Positions 46,801-61,444 of a stretch of DNA of 64,000 nt are shown here, piece by piece (the first letter of the stretch is position 1; each line of letters opens with the position of its first letter). Both the position numbers and the translations under genes were made by a program. Origin of the DNA: Balanoglossus misakiensis (Eukaryota > Animalia > Hemichordata); NCBI GenBank assembly GCA_040954595.2, contig CM082576.2, positions 14,201,129-14,265,128 of the forward strand, given 5' to 3'. The notes beneath the pieces are model-generated. The model made no database searches. It saw nothing but the letters and a program-made list of their open reading frames with translations, and was not told where the DNA came from.

Positions 46801-46999
46801 AATTCAACTTCACACATTTTCATTTGATCTTCAGATGATAATGGCACAGGAGTATCCCCTAAAAAGGCACGTGATGTAGTCTCCTCATATACCTTTGTGC
46901 CTCGCATATCATACTGAAATAAAGTTATTATTGTTATATAAAGGAAATTAGAGTTGTAAACTCAGAAGTAGAATTCACGGACGAAGGAAGGACGACTGC

Positions 47000-47069
47000 T
47001 TTTATTTATTTATTCATTCATTCATTCATTCATTCATTCATTCATTCATTCATTCATTCATTCATTCAT

Positions 47070-47128
<59 letters not shown>

Positions 47129-47175
47129 TTCATTCATTCATTCATTCGTTCATTTATTTATTTGTTTATTTATTT
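47000..47175. repeat. (TTCA)n/(TTTA)n compound microsatellite
   Basis: Directly visible in the sequence. Confidence 0.95.
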
Positions 47176-47417
47176 TGGTGTGCCTGTTGACTTTGCCCAC
47201 AAATAAAAAGGTCAGATTTTTATCATTTTCTATCTATATATTTACAGAAAACATTTTAATCCGTTCCCCTTCGATCCACCCAGTCATCCATCCAACTTTC
47301 CAGAAGTATCTCTTCTCTGTCTTTCTATGCCAGTCTACTTTTGCCAGATACATGTACATACTTTCTACAACTATGAGGCCACCTATAGATGCTTACATAG
47401 ATAGTTTATTCCTTTAA

Positions 47418-47989
47418 GGCTGCATTCACAAACACCTCTGGAGGGGGGGGGGGCGGGAGAATTCAATTTTTTTTACCATTAATTTTCACATCCCCCCCTT
47501 CCGCACTGCTAAAATTTTCAAATCCCCCCCTTCCGAACAGCTAAAATTTTCAAATCCCCCCCCCCATTTTCTTTCACACAGCAAAACACATCACCTACCG
47601 GTATCTATCTTGTAAAAAAAGAAAAACAGCTCCCATGAAAAGAATTTGAAACTGATGTTTTCCCTCATCAATGATTATTAAAACTGAACATTGTTTATAT
47701 TTTTAAAGCTTTTGTATTCTTTGTTGGCAGACATTGTAAACTGAGAAGTGAAGGGGGTGGGTTTGGGAGGGGGTGTCCCCCTCCCACATTAGAAAATTTT
47801 GTAAAATAAAGGGCGCGAAACTGCATTTTTGTGGACTCAAAATAAATATTTAGTCCTCAAAGTTTTCAAGTCCCCCCCTTTCAGTCCCTAAATTATTTCA
47901 AATCCCCCCCCTTACATACCCTCAATTTTTTCAAATCCCCCCCTCAATTCTCCTGCCCCCCCCCTCCAGAGGTGTTTGTGAATGCAGCC
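47418..47989. mobile_element. PIF/Harbinger MITE, copy 2 (internally shorter)
   Basis: Same TIRs and TAA flanks as 9241-10031. The internal sequence is highly similar but about 220 bp shorter. Confidence 0.85.
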
Positions 47990-48423
47990 TAACAACTCAA
48001 GCTTACATGTACAAGTCAAGTACAGTTCGCGAAAGAAAAGAAAAAGAAAACATTCCACCAAACTCGAATTTTCAGCATGCGGTCCCGGCACTCAAGTTGC
48101 GTATTCCTGCGTTCGTCGATTTCCAATGATAGGTTATACTACATATAAACAGGAGAAAAGATGACATAATTACTGTTAATAATTAAGAGCAAAGATTCAA
48201 ATAAAATCCATCAACCCATCCATCCATCCATCCATGGACCTGTCTTCAATCCGTCATCCCGTCCCTCCCTCTATCCTCCCGCAGCTACCTACCCCCTTCC
48301 TAGGCTTTTACCTAATTACACCTAATTTGAATGTCACGCCCTTTGTGTCATACTAGGTGACGGATAAACACAAACCAGAAGCAAAAGCAAAGTCTTGAAC
48401 ACGTTGGATATGATTATACCTAC

Positions 48424-49099
48424 CTCTGGAAAGTACCCCGGACACAATCGACCCAGTATTCACGACATTATCAAAGCCATGTCTCAGATAACAATTCTTT
48501 CCAGAGACGTCGTATGCCCAAACGGTGCACTGGGAGTTCGCAAGGCATGCTGCGCAACAGTCGTCTGTATAGGCAGTATTTGCCACAACGTCTAAATTTG
48601 GTCCTTGCAAATCAGTGCCTGTAAACCCGGAACATGTCATCTCACCACTGGATGCTGGAGAATACAAAGTAATAAATTATTTGTCAACATTAGCGTGGAG
48701 GATTTAACCACGCACACTCTCTTTGAAATACTAGTAGTCAACAGAAGTATATCTAACGGATTGATTTGAGGAATGGTATTTCCTGTAAACTATAATACAA
48801 CAACGCTTCTTACTTCTAGACACGATGCCAGTCACATCCCCATACATGTCGGCAACATAAGTGATACTGTCTCCCAAATAACAAGACTTTCCGTTGATGC
48901 TCCAGGTCCATACGCTACATCGAGGGTTTGTCTGGCAGTGTAGACAACAGTCTTCTGCTTTCGCCACCTCTGACACGATTCCAATGCTGTTCCCAATTAG
49001 GTCGCTCCCCACAATGAGAGAACATTGAAATTCTGAAAAGAGAAGGATTTTCGTGTCAATTTTCCAAACAAACATGAAATGCACACTTATTTAATATTT

Positions 49100-49195
<96 letters not shown>

Positions 49196-50130
49196 TCTAC
49201 CACCACCACCACTACCACCACCACCACCACCACCACCACCACCACCACCACCACCACCACCACCACCACCACCACCACCACCACCACCACCACCACCACC
49301 ACCACCACCATCATCATCATCAAAGAAATACGGTCACCCTAATCTACATATGCCTATTTATATCCAAAGGTGCATGTTTAAGTGTTCGAATGACCATGTT
49401 GTGGGCCGGGGCTTTTTTCCCCATGAGCCACCCCACTGAAAATCTGCGGTGGGGGCTATATTTGTATGTTCCATGGTAAACGCGGTTAAATTGCATGGAC
49501 GGCCGTGTATCTGTATTGTTGATATAGAATGGAGATCGACTCACCGCCCCCAAGATTAGCGGGGATCTGCAGGAGCTTGTTCGGTGTTTCCGAACGGTAA
49601 CTGGAAGGCACATTAGACACATCGACTTGGTTTTGCAAGGAAACACCCAGCAGCAGATTTACCATCTGGTTTTGAGTAACATCCGGACGTTGCTCAAGAA
49701 TCAGGGCTGCAACACCTAATGAGAATGCGGAGGGACAACATTACGGAAACAAGTAGTCATGATTACTACTCTCTATAACAGCCGGGATGCGCAGAATATT
49801 TTCAAGTTACGACTGCCTGTTGCATAAAACGTCTATACGAAATTGTTCCTTCTACTTTTCCAATTTGGATTTTTCCCTGGACGATGGTCATTGCCGCAGA
49901 ATCTCTTGAAATGGAATGCTTCAACGAGATCTTTCACTGACTTTTTGTTAATAATCAATTTGATAGAACTTCATTAAAAAACTGTGTTTTTGCATCAAAC
50001 ACAATTCATTAGCCTTTTAGATCAGTGCAATTGACTCTTATGGATTACCAGTGATCTGCCACAAAAGGATATAGGTCGCCGTCTCTGTTTCCTTGACTAC
50101 AAACAAACAAACAAACAAACAAACAAACAA

Positions 50131-50201
<71 letters not shown>

Positions 50202-53200
50202 AACAACGGCATTACCCTTCTTGGTATAAAGCACATATGGTGTAATTATACTTCACTATATAGAAACTTATTATTTTGAGATCGTTGGTATCATTGCTTG
50301 GAAAACAAACTGAAACAATAGTTATATTACATGTACTTTAACCATAGTCACGCTGTACTTGTGGCAAGATATTCTTTGAGCCAACCAACGGTGAGTTTCC
50401 ACTTGTTTCGGGAAAAAAGGCAAGACACGTTTGACGTTATTTAATGACGTTGTTTAGTTAAATAGTTGATAACTTAGTATTCACCGTATGCAGTCATGTA
50501 AATTATCGAGTTTAAAGGTTTATATTATGTTTATTCACCCCCACACACCGCTCAAACATACACATAATCATTGGTACCAGATACGTGGGGCGTTGCCATC
50601 GAGGTTCCCGTCCTTTGTTCATAGCTCTCGTCACCTGTGTACGAAGCGCTGGTGATGGATGACCCAGGTGCCAGGATGTCTACGCACCAACCGTAATTTG
50701 AATACCACGCGAAGTCGTCATCGGATTCCGTAGCTCCGACTGTGATTGCCTGTATACATACAGAAACACGTTCAAATCACGATTCTTAAGTCTCAATATG
50801 AAATATAGATTCATTGACGTACATACTAACAATAGAGTACAATTACTGGTACTGTACAATAGAGGTGGACAACTTTTTAAAGACTATACCTGGTTAATTG
50901 GGCTGTTTTTCTCGTTATTTTTGCTTTGCATATCAACTGTAGAGTTTTGTCCTACTCTGTGAAACCTAAATAATCTTTCAGTATTTGTTTTTTCACCTCA
51001 ATCGTTTTTTTTTACAATTAGTATGATTGTTATTGTCAAAGTCCTGACAATATTCTTTTGATATTAACAGTGGCCGTTATTCTTATACAGGATTTGTTGA
51101 GAAGCTAAAGACTGGGCATTTCAAAAGCTTAAGAAAGAGTAGAACAAGAAATTGAAGTTGATACATAAGGAAAATACTGTAAAAATAGCCACATATAACG
51201 TTCCGTGCATAATTGTCACTCTTATGGGCAGGGTATTCCCGGTTCCCGGGATTCGAACATTCACAGACTTCTCAAAACAAGGGCTAAGACGTTTTAGCCT
51301 TTATGCGTTCACTGGAGACCAGAATATTGACTGTATAATTACTGTGTCGCCGTGCTATACATGGAACCTTATGTATTTATTGTTTAGATTTTGACTTCAA
51401 AATTTGATACCTCATAAGCCGATGCAGGTGAAAACTGACACGCGTCATAGAAGGCATTTCCCGCGCAAACAACCACGATATATCCCTCTTCGGTTAGGCG
51501 CTGAACGGCCATATTAAGAGTAATAGAGTATGCGCCGACCAGAGACATAGAAACCACTGCCGGTTTCATATTAGAAGCAGCGATTGCATCCATTCCTGCG
51601 AGAAAAATTAATGTGAATAATCAATGATTTATACATAAGAATCAACCAATCAACGATATACTAGTACGTTTAAACCGATTTTCGTATTTGATCTCCTATT
51701 CACATTTCAACGGAAACTGACAAAGCTGCAGACTTTCCCAAGACATATAGACACATTGACTAGCCATGAGGGCTCACCATATGTTTGTTAACCCTCGGGA
51801 CTGTGAGTCGCCCCAAACAGTCTGTTTCCAGAGGCCGAAGGTCTGAGGGGACACAAATTTATGCTGTTACCGACTATGGCCGGTCAACTTGTGTTTTATA
51901 ACATACCTCATCCGACAGTAGCACAATCAGGAAATTTCTCCGCTGTCAACAAGTTGGTCTTGGTCGCAGACGACATTGCCATCTTAGTTGTCTGGAGTGC
52001 GTAGATGGCGCTCTCAACTTAGCCGGGCGACAGGTTTCTGAACTGTTGCCTGACGGGCGACAGTGCCTAATTGACGCACACCACGTGACTGCACAATGGC
52101 GAATCACAACGCCGGTTACGGATGAGGTGTGTTATAATATACTTTGTTCATCGGTTTGATACATGCAAATTTACTGAGATCAATTGACCTTACCACTAAT
52201 GATGCCGCTCTCTGGTCCATTACCGTTACAATCCAAAATACGAACCGAATACAAGTTGACACCAGGAGCAACGCCAACGGTTTCCCCACCTACTGTACCA
52301 GCGCAGTGAGTACCATGTCCGAAGCAGTCAGCTCCCTGTAAATTACGACGCGTAAGTTTTATTATTTTATTCGCTGGGGTAAAAAATACCCCGATATAAT
52401 GAGAAGGCTCGTGAGTTTTGATTTTCAGTCTTAGTAATGTGTCCTGATGCATTGATTGGTTGGCCAAATGTAATACGGTGCTACAGTTGTGCAATCTTTT
52501 GGCTTCGGGTCACAAACGATATAGCATCATACAAATACATGAAACATTTACAGAAGTCGAGAGGAAAGTTTTGACGAATGATACGGCAGCTGTATAGTGG
52601 TTTGTCCTTGGAGGTTTGTTTTTTTCCCTATATTTTTTTATTTTTTTCCTATACCTTTTTTAATGTTATTCGTAAGTGTTAATGAATTGGCAGCCTCATT
52701 GGTGTTACAGGCAAACTTACGTTTCGTCCGTCAGAGATGGAATCAAAGAATGCATGGGCCCTCCCACGAAATTCGTTATGACTAAAACGTATGCCACTGT
52801 CCATTACAAAGACATTCACGCCGGCACCGTCCCCTACAAACGAAAAAAAAACGTACACATTTGTGAACCTGATGACCAGACGTGTGTTATTTGAGCGATG
52901 TATCGTATGTATGCAAGCAATAAATAGTGGTTAAAATAATCTCTCTTGAATGTGAATTTACGTGTATTGGTGGAGAGTGGAATTTTAGGAGCGACATTTT
53001 CAAAACCTGCACTTCCGGTGAAGGCCTATGTAAAATATGGAGTGGCTGCGAGATTTACGAAGAGTGTATTTTACGTCAGTCGTGACCAGAATATGAGCAC
53101 AATTATATAACTTGAATATATATCTTGAAATGACAAGGCAGTAATTGCAAGCATTGTTAACGGGAAATAAACCCTAAAACCCAAATTGTTAACTTGTATA

Positions 53201-53787
53201 AACCCACCTAAATATAAACGTCCAAAATCTGACTATAATGAAAAATCTAGGGTGTGTTCCTGAACAGTCATGCGTACTCCGAACGAGTACTTAAAGCCAA
53301 ATAGTGATATCGACTAGTGTCTATTTCCTGTTGAAACAACGACAATTAAAAATCGAATAAGACGTCTTACCAAGAGGCGATGAATAGACATTATCCAAAG
53401 GAAAGTAAGCTTGATCAATCCTGTCCAAACCCCATGACACTGCTGCGTGGATAACTTCATCTTCTTCAACAAAATCTACCTCATCCAGCCAACGGAGCTA
53501 CGTTGTTTTGTAATGGTAAAGATACGAGATCACTTGTACCGATTTTTGCAAATATAAATATTGTGTTAAAACTTTTTTTCCTATACATGTTTGATAAATA
53601 CATACATACATACATACATACATACATACATACATACATACATACATACATACATACATACATACATACATACATACATACATACATACATACATACATA
53701 CATACATACATACATACATACATACATACATACATACATACATACATACATACATACATACATACATACATACATACATACATACAT

Positions 53788-53818
<31 letters not shown>

Positions 53819-53969
53819 TACACACATACATACATACATACATACACACATACATACATACAGACAGACAGACAGACAGACATACACACACACAGACAGA
53901 CAGACAGACATACATACATACACACACAGACATACATACATACATACATACATACATACATACATACAT

Positions 53970-54000
<31 letters not shown>

Positions 54001-54045
54001 GACAGACAGACAGACAGACATACATACATACATACATACATACAC

Positions 54046-54076
<31 letters not shown>

Positions 54077-54453
54077 TACATACATACATACATACATACA
54101 TACATACATACATACATACATACATACATACATACATACATACATACATACATACATACATACATACATACATACATACATACATACATACATACATACA
54201 TACATACATACATACATACATACATACATACACACACACACATACACACACATACATACATACATACACACATACATACATACAGACAGACAGACAGACA
54301 GACATACACACACACAGACAGACAGACAGACATACATACATACACACACAGACAGACAGACATACATACATACATACATACATACATACATACATACATA
54401 CACACACACACAGACAGACAGACAGACATACATACATACATACATACATACAC

Positions 54454-54488
<35 letters not shown>

Positions 54489-56134
54489 CATACATACATA
54501 CATACATACATACATACATACATACATACATACATACATACATACATACATACATACATACATACATACATACATACATACATACATACATACATACATA
54601 CATACATACATACATACATACAATATACACTTACTATATCGACTGCGTCTCCAGGAACTCTGGCAACAAAACCTTTCATTAGCTTTGTCACATTTATTTG
54701 AAACTCAATGTGCAAGCCATGCTCCTCAGATAGTGCTTGGAATTTTTCTTCGAAATTTCTCAATTCTTCATCAGAAAGGTCATCCTGAATTAAAATAGAA
54801 ACGTTATCGATGTAGAGGCGTATTTGCATAGCTATTGTTTGTACTTCGCGTCAGTTGATAAACAATCAGGAGCACAGTCGAAAATCTGTCCTCTGTTGAC
54901 AGTTTTCATGAGCAATAACTATGCAAAATATGTAAATACGCTTAGCCTGTCACACAGGTGAAACCAATCGGAAAATGGTATCACGTGAATATGTTTATTT
55001 TTTCTGAGAGAGGGACCTCAAAGCTACCAAATTATGTAGAAATCAGCTGGATCTCGTGTCAGGGTTTGATGCCCTGTAATTCACTTCCTGTTTTTTTGCC
55101 GAGTGAAAAAAGGGCATAAAAAGTAGTGCATTGCCTAAAATTTTGAGACCTGAATTGATGCTTTACCATGGATAATTAGTGATTTTGGAGAGAGGTTCTC
55201 GAGGTGCCTTCAATATTCACAATCGAGTGATGTGGTGTTATTTTGTTGTAGAGAGCTTATTATAGTGCACGTGCAGCGACTGTAAATTTTTGCGTGAGTT
55301 TTATCAAAATTACCACTGGGGCGCTATTTTCACCTCTCCTGAAAAAAATCCATGGGCTTGCCTGCACGAAAAATTAGCCTGTGCACAAACATACCCTGTT
55401 CTGACTGTAGTTAATGGGATATAGTATGTCTTGCTGGATGTTAGAAGATAGGAATATTCAGGTCAAATCTAACATTTTCGTCTAGTGGAAATGAATTACA
55501 GGTCTTGCGTCATATAAATGACTTGACAGAAGATCTTGTGAAACTCCGACCTTACAAACGTAATTGGAAAAGGACAATTTATAAATAAACATTTACTTTT
55601 TAGACACATTCTTATCTGGCTCAGCTCGCGCGTTACATTGGGGAAGTGAGAGCACATTCATAATTTGGTAGATTCGTTTGACATTCTATTCGAATTTATT
55701 TGATTTTTTAGTTATTTTTCCGCGAAGTGCTGGTCTGTAATAATATATACATCCGTTTACTGTTATCAAACGATAGCAGTGTGATTTTTGTCAAAAAAAT
55801 ATTGTCTAAAATAATATATATACATTTTTGCTATCAAATGAACTTTTTATCCACAAAGGTGGAACGGTTGTGATTAGAATTAAACAATGATAAAGGCCAG
55901 CCAAGTTACCTTTAGTTTTACAATGTATTCTTCTTCTATTTTCTCATCTATGGCATGAAGTAGGGGAGCTTGACTGTCACGCTTCACGAAACTCGGACGC
56001 AAGGCACGGACCCTCCGTTCTTCGGCAATCTTCGTGCGTTGGCCGGAAGCTGTCGTCTGCACCGCAATGAATGCAAATAGGCAGAACCAAACCGCCAGGG
56101 AGTGCGATGCGATCATTATCGTCTGAAATATCAT
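48424..56134 (-). CDS. Secreted subtilisin/proteinase K-like serine protease (S8A, PCSK9-like) with Inhibitor_I9 prodomain and two C-terminal PAN/Apple domains
   Basis: Exons 55910-56134 (SP, 'EEYIVKLK'), 54635-54784, 53371-53497 ('SWGLDRIDQ'), 52721-52833 (catalytic Asp, 'VMDSG'), 52194-52335 (His, 'GHGTHCAG'), 51411-51595 (oxyanion Asn, 'CAGN'), 50578-50749 (Ser, '[11 protein letters not shown]'), 49545-49715 ('TPNKLL'), 48814-49032 and 48424-48654 (PAN: 'CC..C.....C.VW.....K.CYL'). The terminal exon is probably near 48138, giving V-stop. Confidence 0.92.
49100..49321. repeat. (ATC)n-(ACC)n compound trinucleotide microsatellite
   Basis: Directly visible; intronic in the subtilase gene. Confidence 0.96.
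50099..50205. repeat. (CAAA)n/(CAGA)n microsatellite
   Basis: Directly visible in the sequence. Confidence 0.93.
51896..52137. mobile_element. Small MITE-like element with 19-bp inverted ends, in a subtilase intron
   Basis: ttataacatacctcatccg (51896) pairs with cggatgaggtgtgttataa (ends 52137), with 1 mismatch. Confidence 0.5.
53599..54621. repeat. Compound (CATA)n/(CA)n/(CAGA)n microsatellite, about 1 kb, filling subtilase intron 2
   Basis: Directly visible in the sequence; it produces the spurious MYVC/HTYI ORFs. Confidence 0.97.
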
Positions 56135-59100
56135 AGTGAACGCGGTTACTTCACTCCAGTCATTTCGAAATGAAGGGCGTAAGTTTCAAGAAGAAATGGC
56201 ACAGAACAACATGAAAAAGATGCAAGTTTCGTGCTTTTTAGCTTCGTGCCTCTGGAACAAAATTTCTATAAGTGGGTTGAAATACGCAAGGGAATATAGT
56301 GGAGATGCCATTCACTCCCACGTTAACACATTTTCTCAAAAACATACTATATAATTTCAGTATGCATCTTTTTCATAATTGACTGCATAGTCATAAAGAC
56401 TGCATGAAAAGGGTGAGAGTTTGTATGCTTTTTTTCTGACTTTTAAATGAAATGTCCACGCGAACAGTATACAAGGGTGTCAACATCTCTACTCCTTTGT
56501 GTCATAAACTGAAGGTGTGCGGTTTAAAGGATTGACGTCCGGTCAACACTGGGCAGTGCAAATTAAGATATTCCCCATACGTTGTCCACGCAAGTCTTAC
56601 AATAAGGGATGTAGCCAGAGATACCACATTATTATTGCATCAAGGAGTCGATATAAAATTCCATTCCATATGGATGTATTCTATGCTTTGTCTTGAAATA
56701 TGTTTTACATCACGTTTTATGTGTGCGATTTAGTCAGGTTTTTGTTTACTCTTATCTTTTTTTATCAGGGAATGTCCACAGGTTGTGATCTATTCCCATT
56801 TACACAGAATTCAAAATAGCTGCAACAACCGCCAAACTAGAAACACCGTGTTTCTTTGATGCCAACAACGCGTTATCTCTAAAATTGTAACAACGTCACA
56901 AATTAGTAGACAAGGGGGCGCCCCCATCCCAATTGCGCAGTTGAAGTAGTGCGTGTTGAGAGAGACGTGTCGACTCGAACACGGACGATGAGAGTTGTTT
57001 AGCGTGTCGAATGCTGCTCTACGAAGCTCGTAGTTACCGTCTGATCGGGACATTTGCGCTTGAACGGACTGGGTTCCCCCACTTCAGGTCGGTAGATTCC
57101 TCTGAAGCAGAGACGTGAATTGCTAGTTCCGCGGGTTGCAGTGTATCCCGTCTGTCGAACTTTTTTTAGAGAATCAACGTATTGCGAAGAGAGACGATTG
57201 AGATGAGAATTAGCAGTGTAGGATAGAGACGACGTACTAAACTGCCGTTTTGTATTCTGAATTTGTTTTGTTGAAATAAATACGACGGAAGAGTTTGAAC
57301 CGCATTGCTGTGTGGACTGATAGTTTTGTGGCAAATTCGAGCGTGCGAGGCCGCCACTAACCTTGCAGCGATCACCCGGCCCCTTGAGAACTTTCTCGAC
57401 CTACGCATGAACTTGTTGTATGTGGCAGCAAAATATATGAACTCAGCGTGACAGGTTACGTTGTTTGAAAAATAACGTTTTCAGATCTGGCTTTTTCAAC
57501 GTGTTTGTTAGGCGTTCATGATTAGTATATATCCATGTTCTTGTTCCGCTTTTTTCCATTCCGAAAACCCCAACGTTTTAAACGTGTACACTTTGACTAG
57601 AAAAGGCCTCAAACACCTTCATATGCTGTCCGGCAGCCGGGGTGGGATATCCGACTGCGTCAAATAGATGAGTACCCTTTTCAGCAAAATAAGTTCCTCG
57701 TTCATTGAAGTATATAGATGGTACAAGATATACGTGCTTTGATACAAAAAAATACAGGTGTGCGTATCATGTCGACGAAAAGTTATAAAAAGCTTCACAT
57801 ACCTTTTCGGTCACTGGCAAACAAGGAGATGATGTCAGTTGTGGCACTGAAACTGTACAGCGATGTCGACGTTTGTACAAACTTCTGGAAACTCTTTCCA
57901 CAATACAATGAATTTGTATTATAAAGAATGTGAGGTTTCCACGGAGCAGAGCGCTTTTCAGTGCTGACTCTATGTCATGTGACGCGATTTCGCTCGGAAT
58001 CTCGTAAAAATACAAATTGATTTTACATTTACCAAAATACTTCCAATTATAAAACTCTATGCATATCAAATAACTACAGCGAATTGCCTACGCCGCCACT
58101 TTTTTAAATAGTAAGATAAAAGATAAATCACACTAAAAACAACCACAACCGATCTACCGAGTTTAGTTACAATCAGCCAACGTGGCACACTGGCCTCAAA
58201 GCTCCATTAGGTGTAACTTTTCCGTTTGCCAACAATAACAATGGACGTTACACGCATACAGGCTGTGTTGACAAGCAGAGAACTGGATATATTATCATGC
58301 TGTTAGGAGTAGAACACTGGAATTGCATTTGGTACACAGAAAAAAATACTAAAAATAAAGCCAAAAGTTACAGCTAATGCCCCTTTAAGGCAAGTCATGT
58401 CAATAAATGATATTTTCCTCATACTTCCATTTGGTCATACATACGAAACTTTCTAAAATGCCAGGTTCATGATAATAAGTATTATAGATGTTTGCTCTCA
58501 TAGAGGGCGCGCATTAAGCAGAGGTCACGTGATAAATTTCAAAATGTCAGCCTCTTATCATGAAAACAACACCGTCAGAAATCAGGCCGTGTATCTTCGG
58601 ATATCCTCATGTTTTTTTTTAAACGACAATTTGATTGAGGAAAGTGGTCCTCCAACTGTATCGTGTTCAATTTTTGTGTCTTCATAAGGTCAGATAATTA
58701 CGCTAGTAGTTTTTTACGAGATCGTAGTGTTGTTTGTTTCATCGTAAAAATTGCCATTTTCAATGTTTCGAGGCGAATATTTCGAAAACTGGAAGTGGTA
58801 CACACAAAAAAATGTGTTCGAACCCTAGATTGTTTACTTAGCTGTAATACTGGAAAATGTTGCCTTCCTTGGAGCTTTTATAAAAATTTGCTGCACATCT
58901 TAGTGAACCATATACAAGTGGGATCTGGTGTATCGTACGTACAAGTATACGGCGCTAACTTTACCCCCGTGTGATACCATTACTTCGTGGGGGAGGCCGA
59001 GGGGGGTTGTGAGGGTGAATGTTTGGGTTGTAATTGAGTGTGTTACACGTCAGTGCGATCATGATCAACAATAAAGACTAGAATTGTACAAAAATGCTGC

Positions 59101-60413
59101 GTCGTCGTCTATTAATTATTCTATGCCGATATAGGTGTTAAAAACAACCGATCATTTTCACACTTTGTCGGCCGATAAACGTAGTGCCAATGTAGGCTGA
59201 TAAACACCAGTGCTGAAAGGCGTTTTTCAAACTACCGATCATTTCAAAGTCTGTCGATCTTTTTTCATAATAAGCCAAATAGCGTAGTGTAGTACCGAAA
59301 GGCCGTTTTCAAACTACCGATCTTTTTCATAATAAGCCGATATGACGTGACCGACACACGATGGAGCTCCGTTTGAGCCAGACAATAGTCCCGGACACCA
59401 ATACGACAAGTAGACAATTGAAAATCACAAAGACAATATATATATATTTTTTTTTTTGGGGGGGGGGGGTCAGAACCTTTGTAAAAGTAAGTCTTGGAGG
59501 TATGAAAAGCGATATCACATCAACATGTCACGAAAATTCAGTTCACCCACGAGGAGACGCTCACGCTACGTATACTGCATCATACGAAGGTTCAGGAGCT
59601 ATGCACTAGTCAGGCGTGTGCGCTATACTATACATGCTATAGAACGGAATTGTTGCACTTGTAATCAGGGGCGATTTTGCAAAGACCCATGGGGGTACAC
59701 CCACTATTTTTCTTAAATAGTCAGAATATATATTGAAATTACCAAAAATCGTTTCAAAATGTTACAATTATTTTTTATAAAAAAGTGCTGCACATCTTAA
59801 AACACTATAAATTCGATGTTTATTATTTTTCCAAATTTCGGGTCACTGTAAGTTTTATCAGTTTTCCGCAAGGTTTATCAAGATATTTCGGTAAAAATGT
59901 GTCGTTTAATAGCTTAAACTACAAACTATCGATAAATGGTGAAAATGACTGGTAAAATACGATTATTCCGACGTAAATAAGCTTAGAAAATTACGCGGGA
60001 AATCAGCACACCACTTCCGCATTTGAAAACAAGATAACGTTGGGGGCGCTGCAAAGTTTAGAAAACACCGTGATTAACGGTCATTTGACGAGCTAGCGTT
60101 CGCACTGGGAGTACGACTTAAGTAGTAAAAATATCAATGGAAATACCTCACTTAAACCTTTCACGCTCGATACCGTATAATGGTTAATAATATGAAAAAA
60201 ATAATTAACTCAACGCTACACTTCGTGTCTATAATTATCCCACCACAGCCGCATTGTATAAACGCTGGTGGTGGCAATTATAAATTTTACATACAGACAC
60301 AATGTTGCAACAATACAACACTGGACACTAAATATAGTGAGGATACAGAAAGGAAACTTCAGCACAGGTGCCAAGCAAAAGGTCCTGGAAAAAATCCGGG
60401 CTGATAAAACAGA

Positions 60414-60505
60414 TAAACAAACAAACAAACAAACAAACAAACAAACAAACAAACAAACAAACAAACAAACAAACAAATAAATAAATAAATAAATAAACAA
60501 ACAAA

Positions 60506-60568
<63 letters not shown>

Positions 60569-60570
60569 AA
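60414..60570. repeat. (AAAC)n/(AAAT)n microsatellite
   Basis: Directly visible in the sequence. Confidence 0.95.
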
Positions 60571-61219
60571 CAAACCAGATCCATCTTACAAAACTTAAAT
60601 TCTTTTTTTTCAATTTTTTTTTCATATTGTAACTCTACCAATACGTATAAACGAAACTGCAGCTTAATTTACACACTTTCCTCATTGTACATCATACTCA
60701 TTGATTCTTTCTGCTTCCGTCATCTCTTTTGCCCAGCTAGGGAACCCTTTTTGTGCACCTCTTCCATTCACTTAGAGGGTCTTACTATTCTATTGTGTGG
60801 ACTGATCAAGGCCAGGTTGATTTTCCCAGTCCCCCCTCCCGCACACACTCCCGCCGCACACCCCACCCCTCCCCCTGCGCAGGGTACACTATTCTGCTGT
60901 GTTCACGTGACATTTGTATATATCACTTATGCAGATTTAATGAAATTAGAAACACAATTTCAGAGCTCCCCTCTATTTTCTATTCGTCTACCAGCAACAT
61001 TAGGAATATAGGAAAATTTCCGATATATCGAACGAAGGTTCCAATTACAAATGAATGGGATTCAGATTAAAAATAGTTTAATTTTGAGAGATATATGGCA
61101 TGGGGATAACAAACGCTAGTTGCAATTATCAAAGTATATTATTATATATGGTCAGATGTTTCTGTAAGCCCTTCCCTTTCGAGGCACGTGACCAGAGTTT
61201 CACCAAACGCACATAACAT

Positions 61220-61220
61220 C

Positions 61221-61264
<44 letters not shown>

Positions 61265-61300
61265 CTACAATAATAATGATAACAACAACAATTATAACAA
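61220..61300. repeat. (AAC)n microsatellite
   Basis: Directly visible in the sequence. Confidence 0.9.
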
Positions 61301-61444
61301 CCAGCAATTATCTCCTTGTCCCAAGGTGTAGTGTATGGCTCCACTGATCATTTTCAGCGGCACCACTCTCCCGAAATGAATAATCTGTCTCTACCATTTA
61401 TTCATTTTGGGGTTTTTACTCTCGTATCATACAAGCCAGATGGA

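Noticed and set aside
49079-49342. Poly-Ile/Thr and poly-Met/Val ORFs
   Set aside because: Trinucleotide microsatellite inside an intron.
51235-51320. tRNA-like B-box (GTTCGAATCCC on the minus strand)
   Set aside because: I could not build a cloverleaf; at most a degenerate tRNA-derived SINE head.
53481-54829. Long ORFs of 349-443 aa (MYVC/HTYI repeats)
   Set aside because: These are translations of a stop-free microsatellite; only 54635-54784 is a real exon.
56800-58070. Cluster of short minus-strand ORFs upstream of the subtilase
   Set aside because: No recognisable motif or consistent exon chain.
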